A DNA stretch of 64,000 nucleotides, from the NCBI GenBank assembly GCA_044229845.1, contig JBGASG010000009.1, positions 32,001-96,000 on the forward strand, given 5' to 3'. A model generated the notes under the pieces. The model searched no databases and had not been told where the DNA came from. It worked only from the letters and a program-made list of their open reading frames with translations. Numbering within the stretch: position 1 is the stretch's first letter; the number at the start of each line of letters is the position of its first letter. Source of the stretch: Candidatus Obscuribacteraceae bacterium (lineage in GTDB: Bacteria; Cyanobacteriota; Vampirovibrionia; Obscuribacterales; Obscuribacteraceae). Shown here piece by piece: positions 19,514 to 29,366 of the stretch. The position numbers were made by a program, and so were the translations under genes.

Positions 19514-20608
19514 ATGAACGTCAAATGGAGCATTCCTGTATTTATGCTAGCCAGCGGCTTCGTCGTCCAGGGCGCCGTGAGCAATTTCCAGCGAGATGCC
19601 GACAACTCGCAGGTCAACTTGTCGCAGGTCAACTTGTCGCAGATCAACGCGTCGCAGATCAACAGTGTCACGCGGTCGCGACCTGAGTATCCGGCAGTTC
19701 CCGCGAGGGTAATGGCGCTGGGCAGATTGGCGCCCGCCAGTGAGATGACGGTTATCTATCCTCCGACCAGCAGCGGCACACGGGTCGGACGTGTGTGCGT
19801 CAGTGAGGGACAGTGGGTCCGTCCCGGCGAAGTGGTGGCATACATGGATACCCGGGCATTGCACGAGGCCGAGTTGCAGGAGGCGCTTGCCGACCTTGAC
19901 CGCAGTCGCTGCCACCTCGAGCAGGTACGCGCCGACGCCAAGCCTGCCGATCTGTCCGCCCAGGCGGCCGTCATCGAACGGGCGCGCTCTGAGATGGACA
20001 CCGCTAAAACCGAATACGGGCGCTACCAAATGTTGTACGAGCAAGGCGCTGTTTCAGCGTCGCTGCGCGACAGTAAAAAGCAATCCTTCGACACCGCGTC
20101 ACAGCAATGGCAGCAGCAGCAGTTTCTTCTCCAAGGCATGTGTCAGGTGCGCCCCTGCGACGAGAATACTGCCCTGGCGGAAGTCAAACAGGCGATATCC
20201 AGAGTCCAGATTGCCCGGCAAAAGCTGGCTCTGGACAAAGTCACGTCACCATTATCCGGGAAGGTGATCAAGATCCACACACGCGCCGGGGAAGTCGTCG
20301 GCAATGAAGGCATCCTGCAAATCTGCGATACGAGGCATTTGATTGTCATAGCTGAGGTGTTCGAGAGCGATATCGGCACAGTGCGCCCTGGGCAAGGTGC
20401 CACCATAACCGGTGCTAGCCTGGGGGGACCGTTGCATGGCGTTGTAGAGTCGATCTGTCTTTCGGTGGGACGGCAGACCAATCTAGATGCCGACAGCGCC
20501 GCCGACACGGAAGCACGGATTGTCGAGGTGCGCATCCGGGTCAGGGACGGCGCGACAGCGACAGCCGCCAATGCGCGTGTCGACGTCGAAATCGCGAGGA
20601 GCAAGTGA
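19514..20608 (+). CDS. devB: HlyD/DevB-family membrane fusion protein of an ABC exporter
   Basis: ALGRLAP, lipoyl-like halves, coiled coil, AEVFESDI and ARIVEVRI motifs. Confidence 0.85.
   Translation: MNVKWSIPVFMLASGFVVQGAVSNFQRDADNSQVNLSQVNLSQINASQINSVTRSRPEYPAVPARVMALGRLAPASEMTVIYPPTSSGTRVGRVCVSEGQWVRPGEVVAYMDTRALHEAELQEALADLDRSRCHLEQVRADAKPADLSAQAAVIERARSEMDTAKTEYGRYQMLYEQGAVSASLRDSKKQSFDTASQQWQQQQFLLQGMCQVRPCDENTALAEVKQAISRVQIARQKLALDKVTSPLSGKVIKIHTRAGEVVGNEGILQICDTRHLIVIAEVFESDIGTVRPGQGATITGASLGGPLHGVVESICLSVGRQTNLDADSAADTEARIVEVRIRVRDGATATAANARVDVEIARSK
19607..19666 (+). repeat. Four 15-bp tandem units in devB (SQVNL-SQVNL-SQINA-SQINS)
   Basis: TCGCAGGTCAACTTG twice, then TCGCAGATCAACGCG and TCGCAGATCAACAGT. 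Confidence 0.9.
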
Positions 20609-21768
20609 TGATTCCTCTCGCTATCCCGTTGAGCTGGTATCAACTCGTGCACGAGAGGGCTCGATTTGCTGTTGCCATCGCCGCGGTTTCATTTGCCGTA
20701 ATTTTGATGTTCATGGAGTTCGGCTTTCAATCCGCGCTCTTCAGCAGTGCCACCCTGCTGCACGAACATCTCACCGGCGAACTTTTCATCGTCGACGCCA
20801 GGTCCACCGCCCTGGCAAATATGAAGCAGTACTCCCGGCGTATTCTCTATCAAGCCAGAGCGCAAGACGAGGTTCAGGCGGTCGGTGCACTATATATCGG
20901 ATTCGCGTCTTCGATTACGCCGCACCAGGAAAACAGCTCCAGGCGCATTCTCGTAGTGGGCACATCACCTGCCGACGATCTAATCGGGCTGCCCGAGGTG
21001 TCTGCCCAGAGAAGTGCCCTGAGCCGGCGCGATAATGTTTTGTTCGACCGCGCCTCCAGGCAGGAGATCGGCCCGATCTCCGATGACTGGAGACTAGGAC
21101 GCCACCCCAGCCTGGACATGGGCAAGGCGACTTTGCGCGTGAGCGGTCTCTTCAAAATGGGCGCCTCGTTCTCTGCTGATGGTAATGCCATCGTCAGCGA
21201 TGATACGTTCCGCCACATATTTCCTGGACGAAACGTCGGTTCTGTTGATATAGGCGTAGTGCGATTGCGTGCCAAGGCGCCACTGCAGACGGTGCAGAAA
21301 CTGTTGCAATCACAGCTGGGACCTGATGTGCGAGTCCTGACGAAAAAACAGTTCGTGCAGGCTGAACAAAACTACTGGCGCCAGACTACTGCCATCGGAT
21401 TTATCTTTTCGATCGGCGTGGCGCTGGGGCTGGTGGTGGGGGCCGCGGTCGTGTACCAGATTCTTTACGCCAACGTCAATGAGCACTTGTCCGAGTATGC
21501 CACACTTAAGGCGATCGGATATCAGCACGCGGCTCTGTCCGAGATGGTGCTGGAGCAGGCGATTATTTTGTCGTGCGCCGGTTTCTTGCCGGGACTGGCA
21601 GTTTCTCTCAAGCTGTACGAAATGACTCGCGATGTCACCGGTCTGCCCATGAATATGTCGGTTTCGACTGCGGCATTTGTGGTGGCACTGGTGACGGTCA
21701 TGTGCTGCGTGTCGGCAATGCTTGCGGCCGAGAGACTGCGTAAGGCTGACCCGGCGTCGGTATTTTGA
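20605..21768 (+). CDS. devC: DevC-family ABC exporter permease
   Basis: IPLSWYQL, FAVILMFME.GF, VYQILY..V..HL.EYATLKAIGY and LRKADPA motifs. Confidence 0.9.
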   Translation: MMIPLAIPLSWYQLVHERARFAVAIAAVSFAVILMFMEFGFQSALFSSATLLHEHLTGELFIVDARSTALANMKQYSRRILYQARAQDEVQAVGALYIGFASSITPHQENSSRRILVVGTSPADDLIGLPEVSAQRSALSRRDNVLFDRASRQEIGPISDDWRLGRHPSLDMGKATLRVSGLFKMGASFSADGNAIVSDDTFRHIFPGRNVGSVDIGVVRLRAKAPLQTVQKLLQSQLGPDVRVLTKKQFVQAEQNYWRQTTAIGFIFSIGVALGLVVGAAVVYQILYANVNEHLSEYATLKAIGYQHAALSEMVLEQAIILSCAGFLPGLAVSLKLYEMTRDVTGLPMNMSVSTAAFVVALVTVMCCVSAMLAAERLRKADPASVF

Positions 21769-21770
21769 GG

Positions 21771-22472
21771 ATGAATACTTTGTTTAGCGGTATGCCGGTG
21801 GTGGCGCGAAAAGTTGAATACAGCTACGGCAGCGGAAATCAGAAGCAGCAAGTTCTGGCGGACGTAAACTTCGAGCTAGACGCAGGAGAGTTGTGCGTGG
21901 TGACGGGACCCTCCGGCTCCGGCAAGACGACGTTTCTCTCGCTATGCGGTGCGCTGCGTCAGTCACAGCACGGCAGTCTGCAAGTGCTCGGTGAAGAACT
22001 CTCCGGAGCCGGGGAGTTCACCAGAACTCAAACTCGACGACGCATAGGCTTCATATTTCAGCACCACAATTTGCTCAGCTTTCTGACCGCCCGCCAAAAT
22101 GTTTTTGTCGCCGCGGAGCTGGCGGGATTGCAGGGTGCGGACGCAGCGCGGCAGGCGGAGATGTTGCTCGGTCGTGTGGGACTGGCAGACCACCGACACA
22201 AATTTCCTGCGCAGCTTTCAGGAGGGCAAAAGCAACGGGTTGCGATCGCCAGGTCGCTGGCGGGCAACCCACGTTTGATTCTGGCCGATGAGCCGACTGC
22301 CTCGCTGGATGCTGCTTCGGCGCAGGATGTGATTCAATTGCTGCAGGACATCACCGCTAATCAAGGCGTCTCTGTGTTGTTGGTCACGCACGATCAACGT
22401 GTCATGCAGGTAGCGACGCGCATCGTGCGGATGACTGACGGTCGCCTGGCAAGTGATTCCGCCCCTCGATGA
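21771..22472 (+). CDS. devA: DevA-family ABC ATP-binding protein
   Basis: GPSGSGKT, LSGGQKQRVAIAR, LADEPT and VTHD motifs. Confidence 0.92.
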   Translation: MNTLFSGMPVVARKVEYSYGSGNQKQQVLADVNFELDAGELCVVTGPSGSGKTTFLSLCGALRQSQHGSLQVLGEELSGAGEFTRTQTRRRIGFIFQHHNLLSFLTARQNVFVAAELAGLQGADAARQAEMLLGRVGLADHRHKFPAQLSGGQKQRVAIARSLAGNPRLILADEPTASLDAASAQDVIQLLQDITANQGVSVLLVTHDQRVMQVATRIVRMTDGRLASDSAPR

Positions 22473-22482
22473 TCCAGGCAGG

Positions 22483-22782
22483 TCATGCACCGGACTGAAT
22501 CTCTTGCCCGATGCGGGCGAGAGTTCTCTGCGCGCGATGCGCCACGTATGGATTGCAGTCCTCGATGAGCCGCCGCAGCAAGGCTTCGTCGACGTTGTGG
22601 TTTTCGGCGATTGCGTAGCGCACATCGGGATGTTCATCTTCGATGAGAACCAGCAGTACTTCCAGCGGCGTGTCCGTACGATCCGCCAGCGCGATGCGAA
22701 ACTCGTGATCGACGCAGGCTGACAGCTTGTCCATTAATTCTTGAACTGTGAAGGATTCCTCGCCCAGATCCTCGTTCCCCAT
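22483..22782 (-). CDS. Small helical-repeat (LRV/HEAT-like) protein
   Basis: Repeating L..D....VR.A.A.N units. Confidence 0.7.
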   Translation of the reverse strand: MGNEDLGEESFTVQELMDKLSACVDHEFRIALADRTDTPLEVLLVLIEDEHPDVRYAIAENHNVDEALLRRLIEDCNPYVAHRAQRTLARIGQEIQSGA

Positions 22783-23021
22783 CAGAGATTAACCCCATGG
22801 TGTAGTGGTGGAGGTTTCCTACGCCCGGTGTCACAAGGGAGACCGACGATGTGACAGAGTCCGGAGCACTGCGTCCATTGTACGCCTGATGACGCCGATA
22901 GGCAATAGTTGCACCGGGGCTGCCGCTTGCCCGTCACATCGGGCTTTACGGTATACTGCGATGCTGTTGCTGCCACGGGTGAAACAGATCGCAGGCACGC
23001 AGTCCTCACGGAGAGGTTAGG

Positions 23022-23618
23022 ATGAAACTTTCAGGTCGCCGAATTCGACAGATCTTCGTACCGCTGGCTGTTGCGCTGCTGGGGCTGCTGGCACCACCGC
23101 CCTCACAGTCCGCGCCAGCCGAGTCGATAGAGGCATTCCTGTCTCGCTATTATCAAGCCATTCCAAAGGCGAAAACGTTGCTTGATCTGGAGAGCTGGTA
23201 CACGCCGATGCCTCCTGACCCAAAGCTCAAATCAATGCTTGAAGAGCCTGGACTGATGGCATTCTTCATGGATGCTCTCAAGGGTGAGCCGACAGCTGTG
23301 AAGATTGTTTCCAAGACCGTGAAAGGCGATCGCATCTATTTGGACCTGGCACCACAGGCGATACCGCAGCGTTTTCTGGAAGCTTCCAAGCATCCTGGTT
23401 TTTCGATGACAGGCTTAGCCGTACTCGTAGCCGACGGCGATAAGTGGAAGGTTCACAAAGACTTCTGGACTGTCAAATCGACCTCCAAAGACGGGTCGGA
23501 GACGACGACATTCGGGCGCAATCCGCCTGAGGGTGCGCCGACCGAAAAAGGCAAGACCGAAGCCGGAGGCACAGCGGGCAGTTCAAGCAGCTCCGCTGAC
23601 CCGAATCAGAAAAACTAG
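23022..23618 (+). CDS. Secreted hypothetical protein
   Basis: GGAGG RBS; Sec-like signal peptide (basic N-region, hydrophobic core). Confidence 0.7.
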   Translation: MKLSGRRIRQIFVPLAVALLGLLAPPPSQSAPAESIEAFLSRYYQAIPKAKTLLDLESWYTPMPPDPKLKSMLEEPGLMAFFMDALKGEPTAVKIVSKTVKGDRIYLDLAPQAIPQRFLEASKHPGFSMTGLAVLVADGDKWKVHKDFWTVKSTSKDGSETTTFGRNPPEGAPTEKGKTEAGGTAGSSSSSADPNQKN

Positions 23619-23633
23619 AACCGGAGGTGCATC

Positions 23634-24842
23634 ATGCCGGGCACGACGACTGCCGACCAGTTTGGAGTGACTCGGGAACTCACCATATCTGGTGCCGCCG
23701 AGGGACCGCTGGCCGGCACCAGCTTTGTCGCCAAGGATCTGTTTGATGTCGAAGGATACGTGACCGGTTGCGGAAATCCCGATTGGGAGCGCACGCATGA
23801 ACCGGCATCGCAGACCGCACCGGCGGTGGCCAGAATGCTGGCAGCCGGCTGCACGCTACGCGGCAAGACGAACATGGACGAACTTGCCTACGGCATGGAC
23901 GGCGTCAACGTTCATTATGGAACGCCACTGAACGCGCAGTTCCCAGACCGGGAGCCGGGCGGTTCGTCGAGCGGTTCGGCCGCGGCGGTCGCCGGTGGCG
24001 TCGTCGACTATGCGCTGGGCTCCGATACCGCCGGGTCGGTGCGCGTGCCCGCTTGTTATTGCGGTGTCTTCGGGTTTCGTCCCACACACGGGCGGGTGCC
24101 GATTGACGGGGTGGTGCCGCTGGCACCCAGCCTGGATACCGTCGGCTGGTTCTCGCGTACTGCATCAGGATTGAGGCAGTGTGGTTCAGTTCTTCTCGGG
24201 CAAAGTTTTGTCGACTCCGGCTTTCGCTCGGGCGTGGGCACGATTTTGTTGGCGCAGGACGCTTTCGATGCCTGCAGCGAGGAGATCAAACCGGCTCTCA
24301 CCGGCGCTTTACGAGCCCTGGATCAATGCGGCTACAAGGTGCTCGAAATCTCGTTTGCTGCGTTGGGCTGGGATAACTTTGTCAACACGTTTCGCCGCGT
24401 GCAGGGCTATGAATGCTGGCAGGTGCACGGTCAATGGATCACTGACGCGAAGCCTCGATTCGGGGATGCCGTCAGGAAACGCTTCGAGATTGCCAGCAGC
24501 GTCACAGAAAAGCAGTTTGCGGAAGCCTCAGCATTTCGCACGCAGATGCAGGAGCAGTTCGGCAAGTTCCTGCGTGCTCCTCGCACGATGCTCTGTTTAC
24601 CAACGGTGCCTGCGTTGCCGCCGCTACTGGATGCTACCGCCGAAGAGATAGATCAAAATCGCATCAATACTATGAAGATGTCGGTTCTGGCACCACTACT
24701 GGGTACACCTCAAGTTGCCGTGCCGGTCAAGCTGAGTGAAACAACGTTCACCGGACTGTCCTTTATGGCAGCTGCGGGTGGTGACGAGATGTTGCTGGAC
24801 TGCGCGGTCGAGACGGCAAAGCTGAAGCGATTCGCCAGATAG
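23634..24842 (+). CDS. Amidase signature family protein
   Basis: VAKD, GKTNMDELAY, PGGSSSGSA and GSDTAGSVRVPA motifs. Confidence 0.93.
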   Translation: MPGTTTADQFGVTRELTISGAAEGPLAGTSFVAKDLFDVEGYVTGCGNPDWERTHEPASQTAPAVARMLAAGCTLRGKTNMDELAYGMDGVNVHYGTPLNAQFPDREPGGSSSGSAAAVAGGVVDYALGSDTAGSVRVPACYCGVFGFRPTHGRVPIDGVVPLAPSLDTVGWFSRTASGLRQCGSVLLGQSFVDSGFRSGVGTILLAQDAFDACSEEIKPALTGALRALDQCGYKVLEISFAALGWDNFVNTFRRVQGYECWQVHGQWITDAKPRFGDAVRKRFEIASSVTEKQFAEASAFRTQMQEQFGKFLRAPRTMLCLPTVPALPPLLDATAEEIDQNRINTMKMSVLAPLLGTPQVAVPVKLSETTFTGLSFMAAAGGDEMLLDCAVETAKLKRFAR

Positions 24843-24870
24843 CAGCCACTCAGATCGAGGGAGGTTTAAA

Positions 24871-26613
24871 TCAGAGAACGGGGCTGAGGAACTCAGGCTG
24901 ACGGTACCAGTTGCGCTTGAGAGCTTGTCGCAGAAGGACCTGCCCTTTCTCCGCATAATGACTCGCTGTAGAATTTGGTGACGTCGGCTGCGCAGTTGCT
25001 TCCTGCAACTTTTTGATGCCGGTTTCGTAGTGCTTGTTTGCATCGGGCGCTCCGCGGTCCAAAAGCCGCGCGGCGAGTTTGATGTGGGTGGATCCTGATT
25101 CGATCAGCCCATTGATGTAGAGCTCGAGGTACAGCTCACTTGTGCGAGCGTTCGGCGTCGAAATAGACAGCGACTCGTCGAAGAGCGGCAGCGCTTTGTC
25201 GTACTCACCGCAGCGTTCGTAGGCAACTGCGGTTTGCAGTATCGACCCGCACTTGATTGTCGGCTCGATCTGCGACCGCATCTGCCTCGCCAGCTTTAAG
25301 CTCTCGATGCGCAGCGGCAGGGCTTGCTTGAATTGTCTGGTCTCGGTGTTCAGGTCGGCTTTTAAAGTCAGCACTGTAAATCGTTCGCTCAGGGAGAGCG
25401 GCCTTTTCTCAAGGTCCTGCAGCACTGCTTGAGCGCGGGTGAAGTGCTTCGCTTGCAGATTGCAATAGGCAAGCCGCAACTGCATGCCGTTTTTTTCTTG
25501 CGGTGCGAACGAATCGGCGTTGTCGACCAGGATGGTCAGGTGCGGGATGGCTTTGTCCCATTCATGGGCGGCGAGGAAGTGTTGAGCCTGCTGCTTGTTT
25601 AGCAGCACTGTCGGCGTTACTGCATGTGGATAAGGGCTTGCCGGCGGAGCCAGGGATTGTTCCAACTGCTTGACCGCACGGGTTTGGTCTTCGATGCGCT
25701 TGACGAGGATGGTCAGCACCACACCCGATACCATTAATAGAGCCGCAAAAGCGATCAGGGCTTGTCGGCGATTGAGCCGGCGTCCTACCGGCAAGATAAA
25801 CTTGGATTGTGCGGCGCGTGGATTGGCGAGCATCGACTTGAGTTCGGCGGCTGACTGTGGACGATGGTCCGGTGATTTTGACAGGCAGGCATGGATAATC
25901 CCCTGCAGTTCCGCCAGATGTGTCCCGCGCGGTGGCGCGTCATTTAAGTGGGCGGCCGCAATTTCGAATGAAGTCTCTCCGACGAACGGCGGCTGCCCCT
26001 CCAGAGTTTCGTACATCAGACAACCGAGAGAATAGATGTCCGAGCGTGCGTCTACTTCTCGAGCGGCCAGTTGTTCTGGACTCATATAACTGACTGAACC
26101 GACCAGGTCGCCGCTGCGCGTGAGAGCTTGCATCTCGGTGCTGGATTCGGGGAGTATTTTGGCGATGCCGAAGTCGACTAATTTGATCTGATCCTGATCC
26201 TGATCCCGATTTGTTGCTCCGATCAACATGACGTTGCTTGGCTTGAGGTCTCGGTGAACAACGCCCTGTCCGTGCGCGTGCACCAGCGCGTCGCAAATTT
26301 GCGCGAACAGGTGCTGAACTCTCTGCATGGGCAGTCGTTCTTCGGTCGCGAGCAAGTGGGCGAGGCTTTTGCCGTCTAAAAGCGCGGCAATTGCCACGGC
26401 TTCACGCTGAAACCGTTTGACTGCCTCCGGATTGCCGGTCAGGTGTGCGCGCAAGAACTTGAGTGCCACCACGCGTTCCATGTTGAGTTCGAGCGCGCGA
26501 TAGACCGTGCACATCCCGCCCTGTCCGAGGGGGGAAAGGAGTTGGTACCGTTCGTCAATGATCGTCCCGTGCGAAAACGTTTCGTCTCCGCTCGGGGATG
26601 ACGACGCAGTCAA
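24871..26613 (-). CDS. Ser/Thr kinase-TM-TPR protein lacking subdomains IV-V (possible pseudogene)
   Basis: GQGG, VALK, HRDLKPSN, DFG and YMSPEQ are present, but EAVAIAAL joins directly to LDGKSL. Confidence 0.8.
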   Translation of the reverse strand: MTASSSPSGDETFSHGTIIDERYQLLSPLGQGGMCTVYRALELNMERVVALKFLRAHLTGNPEAVKRFQREAVAIAALLDGKSLAHLLATEERLPMQRVQHLFAQICDALVHAHGQGVVHRDLKPSNVMLIGATNRDQDQDQIKLVDFGIAKILPESSTEMQALTRSGDLVGSVSYMSPEQLAAREVDARSDIYSLGCLMYETLEGQPPFVGETSFEIAAAHLNDAPPRGTHLAELQGIIHACLSKSPDHRPQSAAELKSMLANPRAAQSKFILPVGRRLNRRQALIAFAALLMVSGVVLTILVKRIEDQTRAVKQLEQSLAPPASPYPHAVTPTVLLNKQQAQHFLAAHEWDKAIPHLTILVDNADSFAPQEKNGMQLRLAYCNLQAKHFTRAQAVLQDLEKRPLSLSERFTVLTLKADLNTETRQFKQALPLRIESLKLARQMRSQIEPTIKCGSILQTAVAYERCGEYDKALPLFDESLSISTPNARTSELYLELYINGLIESGSTHIKLAARLLDRGAPDANKHYETGIKKLQEATAQPTSPNSTASHYAEKGQVLLRQALKRNWYRQPEFLSPVL

Positions 26614-26614
26614 A

Positions 26615-27307
26615 TTAGTCGCTGGCTTCGGTCTTCGGCGCAGCGGAGGCTTCGGTCTTAGCGACTTGAGCTACTTCGACCGAATCGGCCATGGCTTTGA
26701 AGACCTTTTCAAAGATCGGATACCAGGAATCGATGGTGGTGCATGTCATGCCATAACCGGTGCCGTTGGAAACGAAGAGCACCATGTATTGCTTGAACTT
26801 GATCGGGTCCTTGCCTTCGTCCTTCATTTCTTGACCCATCACCAGCAACCGACCGGTGGTGTTTTTCAATTTGATCGGCTCATTGGTGCTGATGGTCAGC
26901 TTGTCGCCGAAGGCTTCTTTGAGACCGTTCACATTCGTATCGGCAAACTTGTCGATCGATTCGGCGTTCGGGCTCTTGTCGGCAACCACGATCAAGTTGA
27001 CTGCGCCCATGATTGTTTTGGCTCTCAAAATCTGGGAGGGCGGCAAGCCGTCGGTCTCCTTATCCCAGCTGGTCGGAAACTTCATGGAGAAGTTCGGATC
27101 TTTGAAGTCGGTCATCGCTTCCAGCGATTTGCTGGCATTGGCTGTCAGTTGTTCGGCGGTCGGCGGTTCCGCATGCGCGGCCGGCATTCCCAAGCCCTGG
27201 CAGACCATGGTCAGGAGGGCGAGTCCCACGGCGAAGCGGGTGGCTTGTTTCCGAAATCCGGTACCCTTGAAATCCGAGGTGGTGGTCTGGTGGCGCATTT
27301 CGCTCAA
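26615..27307 (-). CDS. Secreted PsbP/DcrB-like protein
   Basis: Signal peptide ending AHA; FSMKFPTSW and GAVNLIV motifs; similar to 38561-39298. Confidence 0.65.
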   Translation of the reverse strand: MSEMRHQTTTSDFKGTGFRKQATRFAVGLALLTMVCQGLGMPAAHAEPPTAEQLTANASKSLEAMTDFKDPNFSMKFPTSWDKETDGLPPSQILRAKTIMGAVNLIVVADKSPNAESIDKFADTNVNGLKEAFGDKLTISTNEPIKLKNTTGRLLVMGQEMKDEGKDPIKFKQYMVLFVSNGTGYGMTCTTIDSWYPIFEKVFKAMADSVEVAQVAKTEASAAPKTEASD

Positions 27308-27605
27308 CTCCGTTGACTAGACAGCTCCATATGATCTTACCTAACGGCTTTTATTTCAACTAATGGGCAGGCTTGCCTTAAGCAACTGGACACTTGTGCC
27401 GTATGACAACCGGTCCGGCTTATGCAGGCGAGTGACGCGCCCGCCGACCATTGCACCGTCGGTGGTGGCATCCTTGCAGCCTCGGACGCGCACGCGGACG
27501 CTGCTGCAACGTGCAGATTAAATATTGGGGGGCGGGTGCTCTGGTATCGCTGGACACGAGTGCGGCATCCGAGAGTAGAATAGAGAAAGGATCTGGAGCG
27601 TGCAA

Positions 27606-28619
27606 ATGGAAACACCCGGAGAGTACGATGCCTTCCTTCTGGTGTCATTTGGCGGTCCGGAAGGGAAAGACGACGTCATGCCTTTCCTGCGCAATGTCAC
27701 TCGCGGTCGAAACATTCCCGACAGCCGCCTGGAAGCGGTGGCGCATCACTATTACATGTTTGGCGGTGTGTCGCCTATCAACGACCTGAACAGAGCGTTG
27801 CTCGCCGACTTAAAGGATGAGTTCGAAGATTCCGGCATCAGCTTGCCTATTTACTGGGGCAACCGCAACTGGCATCCGATGTTGGAAGACACGGTGGCGC
27901 GCATGCGCGATGACGGCATCACCCGGGCGATTGCTCTGGCGACGTCGGCCTATAGCTCATATTCGAGCTGTCGCCAGTACCTCGACGACATCGAGCGGGC
28001 TCGGCAGGCCGTTGGTCCCGGTGCGCCTGTGATCGACAAAATTCCGCCCTTCTACAGTCATCCGTATTTTATTGAGGCCAATGAAGAACATCTGCGCGAT
28101 GCCATTTTTCGTTTTCCGGCTGAACAGCGGCGGTCCGTGCATGTGGCCTTTACGGCTCACAGTATTCCGCAGACGATGGCCGGCGGCTGCGACTATGCAG
28201 TGCAACTGGAAGAAACCGCGCGGCTCCTGGCTTCTCGCGTCGATTGCTTGGACTTCGCCATGGTTTATCAAAGTCGCAGCGGTCCTCCTCAGCAACCGTG
28301 GTTGGAACCCGACATCTGCGACCACATTCGCACGCTGCATGGACAAGACAAGAAACTGATCGTGATTGCACCGATTGGTTTTGTCAGCGACCACATGGAA
28401 ATCTTGTATGACCTCGATACCGAAGCCAAGGCGCTTTGCGAGGAGCTGGGCGTCACTATGCACCGTGCCTCCACGGCCGGTGCCCATCCGATTTTTATCG
28501 AGATGATTCGTGAGCTGGTCGAGGATCATCAGTCGGCGCTGGCCGACAACGGGGATCAGTCCGCCGACGCAGCCAATCGTTTGTGCCGCGAACAGTGCTG
28601 CCCCCGGCAAGTGAGCTAA
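27606..28619 (+). CDS. hemH: Ferrochelatase
   Basis: LLVSFGGPE, GGVSPI, FTAHSIP, YQSRSGP..WLEP and GFVSDHMEILYDLD motifs. Confidence 0.93.
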   Translation: METPGEYDAFLLVSFGGPEGKDDVMPFLRNVTRGRNIPDSRLEAVAHHYYMFGGVSPINDLNRALLADLKDEFEDSGISLPIYWGNRNWHPMLEDTVARMRDDGITRAIALATSAYSSYSSCRQYLDDIERARQAVGPGAPVIDKIPPFYSHPYFIEANEEHLRDAIFRFPAEQRRSVHVAFTAHSIPQTMAGGCDYAVQLEETARLLASRVDCLDFAMVYQSRSGPPQQPWLEPDICDHIRTLHGQDKKLIVIAPIGFVSDHMEILYDLDTEAKALCEELGVTMHRASTAGAHPIFIEMIRELVEDHQSALADNGDQSADAANRLCREQCCPRQVS

Positions 28620-29344
28620 GCGCTGAACACCGAGTGTGGTGCGTGCCAGTTGCCGGATACGTCGAAGCGGTCTTGATAGAAGTCGTGCCACCACATGGCG
28701 CTTTGCCAGATGGTTTCCGGGCAGGCGACGCGAGCATTGACGGAAGGCGAAAGCTCGACGCCGACCGCGCGCATGACGTTTTCTATGAAACAGGCGGATG
28801 GTTCGCCCGCTTCTTCAAGCAGCGGACTGGCAGCTTTTACTCCCCAGCAATAAGATATCCACTCAATCGTCAGCCGCACCGTATCGCAGACGGCTCGCTG
28901 GTATTTAAACTGCTCAATGCCTTGCAAAATGTCGTCTACTGAGCCCGGCACCGGAATCGAGCTGATGTTAGGAAACTGTGCCTGATCGTCGAACATGTCG
29001 AAGTTGTGCGAGAAAATTGCGTTGGTTGCCGGTGGATAGTTGAGCGGCATCGTCTCCACTAGCGGGAATGCCTGGAAGCAGGTGAATACATCCTGCTTTT
29101 GATCGTAAATCAAAAGCCCGACATGCGACCAGAGACTGGGTGTGAAGTCGTGGCGCGAGTGTGACTGGGCGATGCGAATGCGTTGAGCGGTCGGCGAAAT
29201 GCCGCCCACCAGCACCACTTGCGAAGTGTCGTTTGGATCCCAGTGCCGGCGCAACCACTCTTTGTTAGTCTCGCCCTTTTTGCGCACGGACTCGACGAAG
29301 TTTTCATTCGGCGCTGTCGATTGCGATTTCATGAGTGGGAGCAT
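28616..29344 (-). CDS. Hypothetical protein, possibly a permuted papain-like (NlpC/P60) fold
   Basis: SLWSHVGL His motif with downstream Cys in PSACF and ACPETIW. Confidence 0.6.
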   Translation of the reverse strand: MLPLMKSQSTAPNENFVESVRKKGETNKEWLRRHWDPNDTSQVVLVGGISPTAQRIRIAQSHSRHDFTPSLWSHVGLLIYDQKQDVFTCFQAFPLVETMPLNYPPATNAIFSHNFDMFDDQAQFPNISSIPVPGSVDDILQGIEQFKYQRAVCDTVRLTIEWISYCWGVKAASPLLEEAGEPSACFIENVMRAVGVELSPSVNARVACPETIWQSAMWWHDFYQDRFDVSGNWHAPHSVFSA

Positions 29345-29366
29345 TGTGTAGATCCTCAGGCTGATA

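Noticed and set aside
26186..26210. 6-bp microsatellite encoding DQDQDQ in the kinase
   Set aside because: Short, in frame and in a variable loop before DFG; no evidence for phase variation.
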